Virus record (IMG/VR): IMGVR_UViG_3300023174_002543
Span: 186,001-250,000 of that record
Length of the DNA stretch: 64,000 nt
Strand: one strand, 5' to 3'
Shown piece after piece: positions 40,417 through 51,638 of the stretch (the first letter of the stretch is position 1; every line of letters begins with the position of its first letter). A program made the position numbers and the translations under genes. The notes beneath the pieces are model-generated. The model ran no database searches, was not told the origin of the DNA, and saw only the letters and a list, made by a program, of their open reading frames with translations.

Positions 40417-41743
40417 TATCGTACCTTTACTGATTTAAGATATTCTGATATGTTACCATACAGACTAACCAACATAGCAATCTTACTGTCATATAATCTT
40501 ATGAAAGGTTTCTTGCTATCTTCTACTTTATTTACGCCTATGTAGTAGGGACATTTTAATTTTTTATTTAACTCTAATAGATAATTATGCCAGCCGCCAC
40601 CAGACTTGGTATCTATTGTAAAATCGTAATTATAAAATTCTATTTTGGCATACCTGAATGATAAATCACCGATATCAGATAATCGTAGTCCGCCATCTGG
40701 TCTTTGAACCATCCACCATTTTTTCATGGCTTCTTCTTGTGTCCAAGTAGGACCGTCTATATCTAATTCTTTGATAATTTGTTGTGTGACTAATTCTTTA
40801 TAAGATAGTTTAGTCATCTGGATAAACTCTAGTGCCGGTAGATAGAAACACGACACTAAATTTATCTGTTTTGAATTGGTTGTTTAATTTGCGACAGAGA
40901 TTTCTGGCGTGCCCTGGATTACTAAAACTAGTCTTCTTATATTTGGGCACAGTATTGCTATCTAAGTAATGTGAACTTTTTAAATTGATAGGTTGGTCAT
41001 CATAGAAGACTGCCCATATTCCACTGGCTTCTACGATTTGGTCACATTTATAACTTGTTTTATCTACTATCTCTAATAGAACTTTTGGTTGTGTTCTACT
41101 CATTACCAACGCTCCCCTCTCATAACTACTTGTATGTTATCATCTACTGTATGTCCACGCTGGTCTAACATGATTTTCATAATATCGTCACGTAATTGTT
41201 TAGCTTCATTTAACGGTAATACAACTTGTACCGCGTTGCGGGTTTCTGCTAACGCAACTTTGTCAATAAACTTTTTTACATTTATCATCAAGTATTTATG
41301 CTACTATTTAACTCATCCTCGGTATTAAATGGCCCGAGATACTCATATCTACATACAAAAATGTACTTTGGACAAAAAATATTGACAAATTCTGTATTTT
41401 GTTTGACTGCAAACCAGCCGGCTGCATGATAGCATTTGCTTTTTGGTTCTTTAGTAAACAAATGTAGTTTGCGTTTTACATCAAATACACTATTATAAAC
41501 TTTACTTTTTCCTGTAGGAAAATTAGAAAATGTAACTGCTACTGTATCTTGTGGTTTACGAAATTTTTCAAATTCAATCTTTTTGAATTTTTCAATTTGT
41601 TTAGTACTGTTATAATGTTCAATATTGTTTCCAATCTTTACATCAAATCCTGTACCTTGACTCTCTACGTTTCCTATTTTTTTATCACCGTCCGTGATAA
41701 CCCAATATTGATTTTTGATAATTGGTTTTGCTACTAAGTTCAT
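40416..41743 (-). CDS. Four conserved hypothetical proteins (40416-40817, 40810-41103, 41103-41288, 41288-41743)
   Basis: Coupled ORFs; motifs GLRL...CPYY, KYKKTSFSNPGHA and CPK...Y.GPF. Confidence 0.65.
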
Positions 41744-42204
41744 TCTTCGTCCTCTTCTTCGTCTTCTTCCCAACCAAATTCATCTGATATGAATTCTTTG
41801 TATTCTTCTGGGTCTTCGTCTTGGGTAAGCGTATCATCATCAAAGTACTCGCCGTCCCAATCAGCCACACCTGCAAATCCTATACCTGGTTCAAAATACT
41901 TTAATTTAAATATACAATCAGGGTTTTCTTCACCCCATGATTTGAATGCCTCAATAGGCGGGGACCATGCAGTATCAAATGATATAGTAAGTACCTTATC
42001 ATCTTCTGACACATCGAATTGTGCATCACTTACTTCCCACTTAGTACCCCATGCATTAATTTGCTTATGATACCATTCAGGATCATTCTCCTCCATTGGA
42101 ACTAAATGATTAAGTAATTTATCTTTTTCGATAGCATCAACTAATGCTTTGATTTTTTCAACAGGTGCTATAATAGTAACCTGATTCATACACCAATTAG
42201 GCAT
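41740..42204 (-). CDS. DUF1281/YubB ferredoxin-like domain protein
   Basis: MPNWC.N, WGTKW, FDTAWSPP and Y.EPG..F.G motifs. Confidence 0.8.
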   Translation of the reverse strand: MPNWCMNQVTIIAPVEKIKALVDAIEKDKLLNHLVPMEENDPEWYHKQINAWGTKWEVSDAQFDVSEDDKVLTISFDTAWSPPIEAFKSWGEENPDCIFKLKYFEPGIGFAGVADWDGEYFDDDTLTQDEDPEEYKEFISDEFGWEEDEEEDEE

Positions 42205-43534
42205 TTACAATCTCCTTGAGTTCTCTTACACGATATGCAACAATCACCGGACCATTACGCCATGCCCTGCCACCATCAATCTTTTTATTCCACATATCAC
42301 ATCTAGCATTAGCCTCTTCTAATGTATCACAGAGGTTGTGTATCTCCCAACGCTCAGGTACTGTTTTGAATTTTAACAATCTATCTATTGCATAATTAGA
42401 CATTGTTATGATCCTTTGTTAGTTCTGCTAGAAATAAAAAATGTTCGTATGCCTTTTTAACTGCAGGTACAGACAACAACTTGTCTGCCTCTATTTGCAT
42501 TACTTTAACTGCATCTTCGGCTACTTCTCTAGCACTAGGCCATTCTAACATACGTGCATCTTCACCGAATTCTTTTACTAGATTTTCCCAAGCCTCTTGT
42601 TGCCCTTTAGTAATAGGTGCTCGTTTAGGGCGCATATCACTGGCCTTTCTTATTGCCTCACTAATCTTATCTTCTGCTACACGACCTGCGGCAATCATCG
42701 GTGCATATGCAGGATTTACATTATAACGTGTGCTTTGCCCGCCTGGATAGCAAATTACCAAATGACTACCTTTAGGAAACGAATCCATAAGTGTCTGGTC
42801 ATACTCATGCACAGGAACATACCTGCGCCCAACTTTTTTGTAAAAAATTTCCTTCATAGCCTAAATTTCTTTAGATATTCTTTAACAAAACTCAAATCTT
42901 CACAATCATATGAGGGTTTTCTAGGGGCCACTGGGATATCACTTAAATCGTCTAAGCCATAATTCTCAGCATAGTATTCAACTAGACTATCAATCACTGC
43001 GGCAAGCATACGCTCATCCATCATCTTTAATGCGTCAAGGTTAACTCTAATTTCTTTATCATTCATGTTACTCTCCTAGTTTATCCCAAATATATTCTGA
43101 TTCTTTTACGTATGCTACTGGGTTAATCCAACCTCTGTCAATACACTCAGCTAAAATCAAACCATATTCACGTGGGCAACTTTTAGAAACTTCAAAACCT
43201 GCACGTGGTGTAATTGTTATTCCGTTCTTGATGTACCAACCAGGATCACCTATTTTGATAGTTTTAATTTTCTGTTTTGGTTCAGTGATTTTAATCATTT
43301 GTAAGCCTTAACATCTTTATGTTTAACTCGAATAAAGTTATAAACTTTATCTTCAAATTTGATAGGTAAATCTAAGTGTACACTAATATATGGACCTTCA
43401 ATTTCATTAAGTTGCGTATCATTACCTACTGTACCTACAAATGGAATACCATTCCATTTACCTATGATACGATCACCTATGTTCCATTTAGCCTTGTATC
43501 TGTTTAGTGAAAAATAATCTGCTAAACTTGGCAT
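42197..43534 (-). CDS. Five small hypothetical proteins (42197-42403, 42396-42857, 42854-43066, 43068-43298, 43295-43534)
   Basis: Coupled co-oriented ORFs. Confidence 0.55.
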
Positions 43535-44526
43535 AGTACCCCCTTGTATGGATTGTTTAACCACTTGCTATATGTCTCGGCATTCTGTGATATCTTCTCA
43601 AGTTCGTACTTACCACAGAATTTCATCAAGTGAATGCCTACTTGAGGTGTAGTTTCAAGCCTAACACCAGTTTTAATAGCATTGTCAACATTAGTCTTTA
43701 CCCAATCAGGCTGACATGTCAAGTCAATCAATTGACGATTGCGCTCATAGTCGTCCTTAACACGATGCTCGACACCATCATGGTCAACCCAGCGTTGCAG
43801 CATCATGTTATTCCAATTAAAACCTTGCTTAGTACGATCCTCGTATGCTTCCATCAAGCCGATTTTGTTCTTAGTACCTTTCTCACGCACACCTGGATAT
43901 GCCGAAAACACATTGTCGCTTGAATCACCGCGCATACATTTTTTGAAAAGCAACCATTGAGGATCTTCTAAGAGTTTGGGCTCTTTAGTTTTCTTATCAA
44001 CGATTAGTTTTCCTTTATCATCAAAATATCCATCTGGGGTGATAAGTTGGTTAGTGATTCCATTGTACTGATGTACTGTATCTGATATAAGCTGGATATA
44101 ATCGCCATCAGAACTAATAATAAAAATTTTATCATTTGGGTGTAAGTGTATAAATCTTGCAATTAAATCGTCAGCCTCTGCTTGCGGTTCACGCAATACG
44201 CTAACGTTCGTTTTCTCTTTTAGAAATGTAGTGAACTTTTCATAAGTATCCCAAAACATTTCCGATTCTTCTTTTTCTGCCTCAGTCAATGCCTGATTAG
44301 CAACTGCTCGTTGTGCCTTGTAGGGCTTGTATAGGTCTTTGCGAAACGACCTACCTTCTAAGCAAAACACAACGTGGTCAATGCCAAATTTGCGTACAAT
44401 CTGATTGACACTCGCAAGTGTCAAGTGTAGTGCCATTCCCACTTTCTCCCACGGGTCACTATTACGTGATGCAACGTGACGGGCACGGAAGAAAGTGTTG
44501 GCAGTGTCGATAAGTGCGTAGTTCAT
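43522..44526 (-). CDS. rnh: T4 RNase H-like 5'-3' exonuclease (FEN family)
   Basis: LID..N, YKA.R, EADD, SSDGDY.QL, GD.SDNV and N..LIDL motifs. Confidence 0.9.
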   Translation of the reverse strand: MNYALIDTANTFFRARHVASRNSDPWEKVGMALHLTLASVNQIVRKFGIDHVVFCLEGRSFRKDLYKPYKAQRAVANQALTEAEKEESEMFWDTYEKFTTFLKEKTNVSVLREPQAEADDLIARFIHLHPNDKIFIISSDGDYIQLISDTVHQYNGITNQLITPDGYFDDKGKLIVDKKTKEPKLLEDPQWLLFKKCMRGDSSDNVFSAYPGVREKGTKNKIGLMEAYEDRTKQGFNWNNMMLQRWVDHDGVEHRVKDDYERNRQLIDLTCQPDWVKTNVDNAIKTGVRLETTPQVGIHLMKFCGKYELEKISQNAETYSKWLNNPYKGVLCQV

Positions 44527-44562
44527 GTGTGTATTATATACGTATATTTAGATTTTGTCAAG

Positions 44563-45354
44563 TTATTTCAATTTAATTTGGGCAACGTTTAATCGTGCAA
44601 ACACATCGTGCCCAAATTCCCAGCCTTCCGGCATACTTGTTTGTAAGTCTAATTCATTGTCTAATAACTCTGCCTCTTCATTTGTAATCAATACTATTGC
44701 TAAATTATTTTTAATCATTTGTGCAATTTCGGTCACGCTATGTTTTTCCATAGTCATTGTTACCGCTTGATTATAGATAAGGATACAAGGAACAATATGT
44801 TCACGGTAGGTGTTTTCTTTAGTACGATTAACTGATTCACCAATTGTAATCAAATAGTCAATACTATCTCCCTCAAGCAATGCTCGGGTATTTTCTAAGC
44901 CAAATCCATCTTCACTGTCAATAAAGTATTTGAAACGTTTGGCAATCTTTTCAAAGATATTACGTTCACTTACCTCACGTGCAATTGGCTTAATTGCCTG
45001 ACCTCGTACCTTACGTACAATAGTAGTAATGGATTCGATGATTCCAACTAGAACCCAAAAGTTTTCGAGTACATCTCCGTCAAAGTGTACATTGATAAAA
45101 TCTTTTTCGTCCTTGCGCTTTTCACTACGCTTGCCTTTTTTCTCAACAAACCCTGCATCAATAAATTGTTGACGCATAGTAGCAACATCTTCTGGTCTTG
45201 CTAACCAGCCTATTGTATAGTGATTCTTTTTAATCTCGCATTTGATTCCGTTATTGGAATATAATACGTATACCCCGCGGTCATGGTATATGCGTTCAGT
45301 ATAACCACGATCCTCACAGGACTGTTTGAACAAGTCAAAAGAGATTTCGGACAT
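44563..45354 (-). CDS. Hypothetical protein with a possible His-Me (HNH-like) nuclease motif
   Basis: REHIVP...IT.EE...LD; own TTGACA-N17-TATAAT at 45379-45407. Confidence 0.5.
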   Translation of the reverse strand: MSEISFDLFKQSCEDRGYTERIYHDRGVYVLYSNNGIKCEIKKNHYTIGWLARPEDVATMRQQFIDAGFVEKKGKRSEKRKDEKDFINVHFDGDVLENFWVLVGIIESITTIVRKVRGQAIKPIAREVSERNIFEKIAKRFKYFIDSEDGFGLENTRALLEGDSIDYLITIGESVNRTKENTYREHIVPCILIYNQAVTMTMEKHSVTEIAQMIKNNLAIVLITNEEAELLDNELDLQTSMPEGWEFGHDVFARLNVAQIKLK

Positions 45355-45412
45355 AATAACTTTCTGAGTTTATGTTTTATTATACACCCAAACTAGTTAC
45401 TTGTCAACCTTT

Positions 45413-46330
45413 TTATGTCAATTCAAAAAGAGTACTAAAGAGTGCGTTTTGTTGGGCAAGTTTTTCCGCTTTTCTCTCAGCGGCCCGGCGTCTGTGCCCT
45501 TCAGCAATTTTTTGCTTCGTTTCCTCGCTTCTAGGTTTACCCTTAAGTGCTTCACTGATTTTTTTATTAGCAATGGGGTCAAAGGGTTTTGGTTTTTTCT
45601 TCAAGCCTTTCATTGCTGCACTAACTGCGGCTCGATGTTCCGGTGATAATGGACCTCTAGGTTTCTGCTTCTTACCTCTCAAAGCATCACCAATTTTTTT
45701 CTTAGTTTCTTCGGAATGAACTGCGGGAGGTCTTTGTTTATTATTCTCTAGTCTAGTTTTAACTCGTTTATCTATAACTTCCTGTGGTATAGTTGACCCT
45801 AAATTTCTTTCCCGCAGTCGTTGAATTGCGAGTGCAGACGGTTTTCTTCCCATTTGTCTCTTGCTAATATTTTTGCAAAATTCTTCAGTACGAATTTTAC
45901 CTTTATTTCCCTCACCAATTTTTTTTCTAGTTTCAAGAGATACTGGTTTACCTTTTCTGCCTATAATACCCAATCTGTTTAGTTCACTTAATCTTTCCCT
46001 AGTCTCCGGTGACGGATTACTCATTCCCTCACCACCATCTGTTCGATTTAACAAAACACCGGTTTTAAGGTCTTTTCGCCCCCACCATCTAATCATTCTT
46101 CGTTCTAATGCAAATGCACCTAATTCAGTTAGATTATCTTCTAATATAACTATTCGAGATAATTCTTTGGGTTTAGAACCATTGGTATGTTTGTTATCAA
46201 CTGCACGATTTCCCTTACCTTTTCCTATGTAGTAGGGGGTTCCGGCGGTTGCTGTTATTGAGGTGTAGGCACGAATATACGCATAAATATAAAATCCTTT
46301 AGGAGGATTGTTTTTATCGTATATACGCAT
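45413..46330 (-). mobile_element. Free-standing GIY-YIG homing endonuclease with NUMOD3 repeats
   Basis: YIYAY...YYIGKG, E...I, N...GGEG, and repeated H/RS.ET(K/R).KI motifs. Confidence 0.85.
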
Positions 46331-46752
46331 TAACTTACTTCTGTGCGTCCATCACCTAAATCACGTGTTCTAATGGGGCGGACATCCCTATTTGTAGGAT
46401 CTGCTACTACTTGTTCATAGACCTCAAGTGCTATATTGCGACAAACTACTTGAAACCAACGATCGGCTATAACATCATCAGTGTCAGTATCTTTTTGTTT
46501 GTATCCCGCTTTTATCAAATTGATAATAAACTTATCATTCCAGTCAAGTTCAAATGCACCGTTGTGCATATCATTGGGATCAATATCTACTTTAGTAATT
46601 GCAATATAGGGTTCACCTGCTAATGTTGCTTTTTCTTTGTCTGATAACTCAAGTGCAACCTTAGGTTCTTTTGGCTTGCGTGGTTTCTTTGGTTTAGGCT
46701 CAACCTTTACAGGCTCTGGCTTTTTAAAAATACTTTTAATCTTATCAAACAT
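46330..46752 (-). CDS. Conserved hypothetical protein
   Basis: EP.I...G.FELDWN..F..L...GY...WF..VC motif. Confidence 0.65.
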   Translation of the reverse strand: MFDKIKSIFKKPEPVKVEPKPKKPRKPKEPKVALELSDKEKATLAGEPYIAITKVDIDPNDMHNGAFELDWNDKFIINLIKAGYKQKDTDTDDVIADRWFQVVCRNIALEVYEQVVADPTNRDVRPIRTRDLGDGRTEVS

Positions 46753-46758
46753 AGTATA

Positions 46759-47868
46759 CTATTTACTGAAAACGTAAATGCCTTCAAATTTTTCTCTACC
46801 TTCATTACGAAAGTTACCAACACCTGGTCTAGTGTTTAATATCATTTTGATTGTCTTACGATATTTGAATCCTAAACTTTCAGCAGTACTTATCCATTTA
46901 TCAACTACAAAGAACTCGCCACCTATACCCTTGTAGTCAGCAATGTTAGTAGCAAACAATCCATCAACATTCAACCCATTATATATATTACGCATAGTTG
47001 GGACTACATAACCATCAAACCATTCATCCAATGTAGTATAACGATTCATACATTGTGTTGGTTCGTCACAATACTTTTCTAAGTTAAAGTAAGGCGGACT
47101 ACTGAATGCTAAGTCAATATTTTCTGGTTGATAGTCTTCACTAACAGTATTGTATAACTCCACATCATTGTCACAAAACTTTTGTAGATAGTTAAGATAT
47201 TTAAATGTTTCTGTATTTGGGTCTATACCTATATAGGTATAGTGCATATTACTAAGACTAGTGCCTAGCATTCGTCCACCGTATCCTGAACTATAATCAT
47301 ATATACGACCGAACATAGTAGGGCATAGATGTTCAATGATACTACGTGCGTTTAATGATTTAAAGTTTTGTATGTTCTCACCGGTTACTAACTCTAATGC
47401 AGTTCTAATTAATGTAGGATAAACTAATCTTGCGCCACCACTACGATGTTCAAAGCAAATACGAATGGCTCTATCTAGTTTAGTATCGTTTAAGAACCTA
47501 TCACGCAAACTATTACCTGCACGACCTTTTGGTAATGCAGTTAACATATTAGGGAATAAGAAACGATTGATTGTCTGTCCACCATTGTTACCTAAAGGTA
47601 GTATATCGTTATGTATCTCGTTATACTTTCTATCTTTTAGTGTGTTAATTTCATCTATTAATCCCTGTTCGGTGTAGTAATACATTGGAACAAGATTAAT
47701 ACTACGATATAGTTCTAGTATTTGTTTACGTACACCTTCTGGATCTTTAGCATAAACTTCTTCTGTAAACTTATCAAACTCAGGGTATAGGCTTTCATAA
47801 CCAGTAAACTTGTCACCGTGTATATGTTCAGGCTTTACACCCCAAATTTGATATAGTTCATCTATCAC
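46759..47868 (-). CDS. DNA amino-methyltransferase (N4-mC/N6-mA type)
   Basis: SAM motif YDYSSGYGGR, GIDPN, catalytic FSSPPYF. Confidence 0.82.
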   Translation of the reverse strand: MIDELYQIWGVKPEHIHGDKFTGYESLYPEFDKFTEEVYAKDPEGVRKQILELYRSINLVPMYYYTEQGLIDEINTLKDRKYNEIHNDILPLGNNGGQTINRFLFPNMLTALPKGRAGNSLRDRFLNDTKLDRAIRICFEHRSGGARLVYPTLIRTALELVTGENIQNFKSLNARSIIEHLCPTMFGRIYDYSSGYGGRMLGTSLSNMHYTYIGIDPNTETFKYLNYLQKFCDNDVELYNTVSEDYQPENIDLAFSSPPYFNLEKYCDEPTQCMNRYTTLDEWFDGYVVPTMRNIYNGLNVDGLFATNIADYKGIGGEFFVVDKWISTAESLGFKYRKTIKMILNTRPGVGNFRNEGREKFEGIYVFSK

Positions 47869-48869
47869 TTACAATATTTTTCGTAAAAGTCAATGCTAGC
47901 CAAGTTCTTAGCCTTAGACTCGCACATGATATCAAAGTTCTCATTGAAACTAGCCGCCCACTTGTTAACTTCAACATTCCAGTAGTAGTCACTATGGGCA
48001 CGTAGTTTTTGTTTGTTATGACCTTCAGTTAATAGTTGTGCATGATTGGGTCTAGTCTTTGTATCATGACCAACTAGAATGTCTTCACGACTAACGCTAT
48101 AGTGGAGAGTAGGACGCATTCCGCGCCAACTATCAATAACACGAATAACCCTAGAGTCCAAAGGGTCGATGTATTCACCTTCTCGGATCCAATGATGATG
48201 TATGTCAAGAACAATAGGCACCAAATCGGAAAGCTGCAAACAAGTATCCAATCCATGACTCATCTCCTCGTTCTCTATAGTTAAACAATTACGTGCCTCG
48301 GGACTTAGGCGGGTATATGCTTTACGAATACCATCAGGACCTTGACGACCACTAATATGTACATTGATTTTCATGTCTTGAAATTTACGACCATAGCCCA
48401 TCCAGCGAGCCATATCACAATGATATTCAAATTCACGTATGCTATTAGTAACAACTTCTTCACGTTCGCTTGCTAGTACAACAAACTGGTCAGGGTGAAA
48501 ACTAACACGAATGTCATTAGCACGTGCAGTCTCACCTAATGGTGCAAACCATTTAGACAACATATTTTGTACGTCAGATGATTGCCAGAAGTAAAGATAA
48601 TCGGGGTGCGTATAGAAACTAAGCATATCGCTAGTTAGTCGTAACATACGTAGTTCAGGAGGAAGTGTTGCAACTTTCTTAATCAATGCATGTGTGTTAA
48701 GAATATTTTTCTTAGCCACTTCAATGATTTTTTCTTCAACCATTTGCTTGTTATTGCGTTTTGCCCATGCCATTGTAGTGCCACCGGTGTTAAGACCCTC
48801 AGCACTAACAATCTCACCTTTTTTATTAATCTCTGCCCATTTGCAAGCAAAGCCTACACGTTTAGTCAT
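47865..48869 (-). CDS. uvsE: UV-damage endonuclease
   Basis: GFAC, R..SD, SFHPDQF..L.S, IEN, D.HHH, HYS, AHSD and E.K.K motifs. Confidence 0.92.
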   Translation of the reverse strand: MTKRVGFACKWAEINKKGEIVSAEGLNTGGTTMAWAKRNNKQMVEEKIIEVAKKNILNTHALIKKVATLPPELRMLRLTSDMLSFYTHPDYLYFWQSSDVQNMLSKWFAPLGETARANDIRVSFHPDQFVVLASEREEVVTNSIREFEYHCDMARWMGYGRKFQDMKINVHISGRQGPDGIRKAYTRLSPEARNCLTIENEEMSHGLDTCLQLSDLVPIVLDIHHHWIREGEYIDPLDSRVIRVIDSWRGMRPTLHYSVSREDILVGHDTKTRPNHAQLLTEGHNKQKLRAHSDYYWNVEVNKWAASFNENFDIMCESKAKNLASIDFYEKYCK

Positions 48870-48918
48870 AAAGTATTACCGTTATAGTTAGTCATACTGT
48901 AGTGTAGCATAGTTGTGA

Positions 48919-49749
48919 TTATTTGTCAATCTTTAATAAATCCTTAATATCATAAAGATGTTTCATGTACTCACTAACATTTCCCAACACACTAACTGCA
49001 ATATCACCTTCTCTACGAGGTCCATACTTAACGTCAATGGTAAGGTTGTTAACTGTTTCAAATATACTAACCATTTCTTTAACGGTATAACCTACACCAT
49101 GACCCAAACATTCAATATTATTGCTAGGTGTTTCTATGGCAGTACGCAATGCATCGCATATTTCATTCACGTGTACATAATCACGTACACAAGTACCATC
49201 CCAACTTTCATTGTAGTTTTTCCCAAAGATAGTAAATTCACCAGTGTCTTTTGCCTTGAATAAATTGTACATTAATCCATCAGGGTTAGTAGGTGCAAAT
49301 CCATCACTACCAATTACATTGTAAAATCTAAAGATAGTATATGGTATGTTTCTGTATTCACACATTTCTTTAATACAATCTTCAGCCGCTTTCTTACTTG
49401 TACCGTATGCGCTTTCGCATTTTTCGGCTGCACCTGTACTAGCAAAAATAAAATTATCTGTATCTACCCAAGTTAATAGATTCAATGAACCAATCATATT
49501 AGTCAAATAATAATCAGTGGGTGTCCTTTGACTTTCACCTACATTGACTAATGCGGCTAGATGTATAACTGCATCAAAATGTTCTTTCTTTAATGTAAAC
49601 TGGTTTTTGATATTTCTATTAAAGTGTCTACTAACTTTATATTGAGGATCTTTGATATCTAATCCCACAATCTCATACTCACCATCTAACATCTTACAAA
49701 GATGTGATCCTATGTAACCACTGTTACCTGTTATTAATATTTTTTTCAT
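48919..49749 (-). CDS. NAD-dependent nucleotide-sugar epimerase (GalE-like)
   Basis: TGNSGYIG, HLAA...VGES, YGTSK, RFYNV and DGTCVRDYVHV motifs. Confidence 0.9.
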   Translation of the reverse strand: MKKILITGNSGYIGSHLCKMLDGEYEIVGLDIKDPQYKVSRHFNRNIKNQFTLKKEHFDAVIHLAALVNVGESQRTPTDYYLTNMIGSLNLLTWVDTDNFIFASTGAAEKCESAYGTSKKAAEDCIKEMCEYRNIPYTIFRFYNVIGSDGFAPTNPDGLMYNLFKAKDTGEFTIFGKNYNESWDGTCVRDYVHVNEICDALRTAIETPSNNIECLGHGVGYTVKEMVSIFETVNNLTIDVKYGPRREGDIAVSVLGNVSEYMKHLYDIKDLLKIDK

Positions 49750-51083
49750 ACTAGTTCAAATAATCCTAATCCTGTTACTTCCTCTAATGGTTCATAGCTA
49801 GGATCCTTGGTTAGATAAGTTTCCTTGTCTGTATAGATTATACGATACTTGTGTTTATTTGTCAATACACTACGAATGTCATCAATGCAAATTAAACTAC
49901 GACCCAAATCTTTAATGTAATCACTATGTTTGACCGTAGTGTTCTCTAATATTTTGGCTGTGTTACTGTTTGATTGCTTTGGCTTAAACTCATTGAAACA
50001 TTCATTCCATTTATGAAATACATCTGATTCTAAATTTTGTGTATCTCGCAATGCATTTTTGTCATACCAAGATTTAGCAGTTGGGTAAGCGTGATATGCA
50101 TCCTTAACATCTTCTGCCATTTGTTTTTTATTAGTTACAAAGAAGAATCTACCTTTAAAATTATTAGTCCAACGTTGATTCTCTAAACAGAACGTGGGTA
50201 GTTGTGTAATCTGTTCATAGAAAGCCATACCATAACTCTCAACAATACTAGGATTGAATGCAACTCTTGCACTTGTAATGAAATCTACTTTTTCTTGACC
50301 AATAATACCTACTTTTATTTCATAAGGTACACCAATCTTCTTTAATCGTTCTTCAAATTTCTTAGCACCATTTGCGCTAGTCATTACCTTAGCGGGTAGT
50401 TTAGTTTGTTCAATCAGTTCTAAGAATAGTTCAGGGTTTTTGCCTTCTTCCCAACGACCAACAAACAATATACCCTCACGTGGCTTGTGATGTTCTTCTA
50501 GCAATCCTTGTTCTGTAATTGGAATAGGTAAATGATAAGATGATTCATCTAGGTTAAGCCAATTGTATTTGCTTTGTGTACCAACATATACACCGGGAGT
50601 ACTAAGTTGTTGACGCATCAACACATTGGTATTATATAAGAAAGGATTCTTTGTATCCTTAAAGATTTGACTTTCTAAATGAGTATATGCAATAACTTGA
50701 ATACAATCTTCAAGTCCCATTGTAATAGCAACCTGCACTGTTTCGTATGTGTTACAAATGAATGCATCATATAAATTATGTTCTAATGCTTCTACAATAC
50801 TATTTCGGAAGTTAGCCATACGTTCATAGTTGAATGTATCACCATACATAAAGATATTACTATGTGTTGTATAGGCTAATGACACTTTAGGATATATAAT
50901 ATTTGCCTTCAATGATTTAACAAACTCATTGTCTTTGGGTTCTTTATCAGTGATTATATCAACTTTAATGTTATGGCTATCCATCAATTCGCAAAAACTC
51001 TTTGCAAATTGCCCTATACCACCATGAGGTATAAGAGTTTGATAACTTACTAAGAAGCCAATTCTTTTATCATATGTTCTCAT
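49746..51083 (-). CDS. GT-B (GT4-like) glycosyltransferase
   Basis: GGIG, LFVGRWEEGK and PSIVESYGMAFYE motifs. Confidence 0.85.
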   Translation of the reverse strand: MRTYDKRIGFLVSYQTLIPHGGIGQFAKSFCELMDSHNIKVDIITDKEPKDNEFVKSLKANIIYPKVSLAYTTHSNIFMYGDTFNYERMANFRNSIVEALEHNLYDAFICNTYETVQVAITMGLEDCIQVIAYTHLESQIFKDTKNPFLYNTNVLMRQQLSTPGVYVGTQSKYNWLNLDESSYHLPIPITEQGLLEEHHKPREGILFVGRWEEGKNPELFLELIEQTKLPAKVMTSANGAKKFEERLKKIGVPYEIKVGIIGQEKVDFITSARVAFNPSIVESYGMAFYEQITQLPTFCLENQRWTNNFKGRFFFVTNKKQMAEDVKDAYHAYPTAKSWYDKNALRDTQNLESDVFHKWNECFNEFKPKQSNSNTAKILENTTVKHSDYIKDLGRSLICIDDIRSVLTNKHKYRIIYTDKETYLTKDPSYEPLEEVTGLGLFELV

Positions 51084-51624
51084 TGTTTTAATTTCCAAAT
51101 AATATGTTCATGTTTATCATGCCATTTACATTCAAAGACAGTGGCACCAGGTCCAGTATATAATGCAGTAAGTTTATAACCAAACTCTAACCATATAGGT
51201 TTATCTGATATGTTACACTTTACTGGAAACCAAGCAAATTTTAACTCTGTACCTACTAATTTATTATAAAACATTTCGTCTAGTGTCGTTGGTCTATACC
51301 CCGTGCCCATCATTTTTTACCACCAGTGACCCATTTAGTGTATGCTTCCACAAATAGTTTTTCACGTTCAGGATTATTAAGTTGTTTTACGTGTTCAACG
51401 AATCTAGGTACACCTCGATCGGCTGAGATTATCTCTAACAATCCTACATCAAGTTCAGTCAATGCAATTTTATTAGTAATATCAATAAACTTACCACTTG
51501 AATCTTTTTCCTGAGCAACCACTACATCAAGTTCAACCGTAACACCGTGAATCGTGCCTCTACCGGTGAGTGGCACTTTCATTACTGCACCCATGTCATT
51601 GTCTAAAATGCGTGTACTAATCAT
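51080..51624 (-). CDS. Two small hypothetical proteins (51080-51313, 51310-51624)
   Basis: Coupled ORFs. Confidence 0.5.
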
Positions 51625-51638
51625 TTAATATTTTCTTG

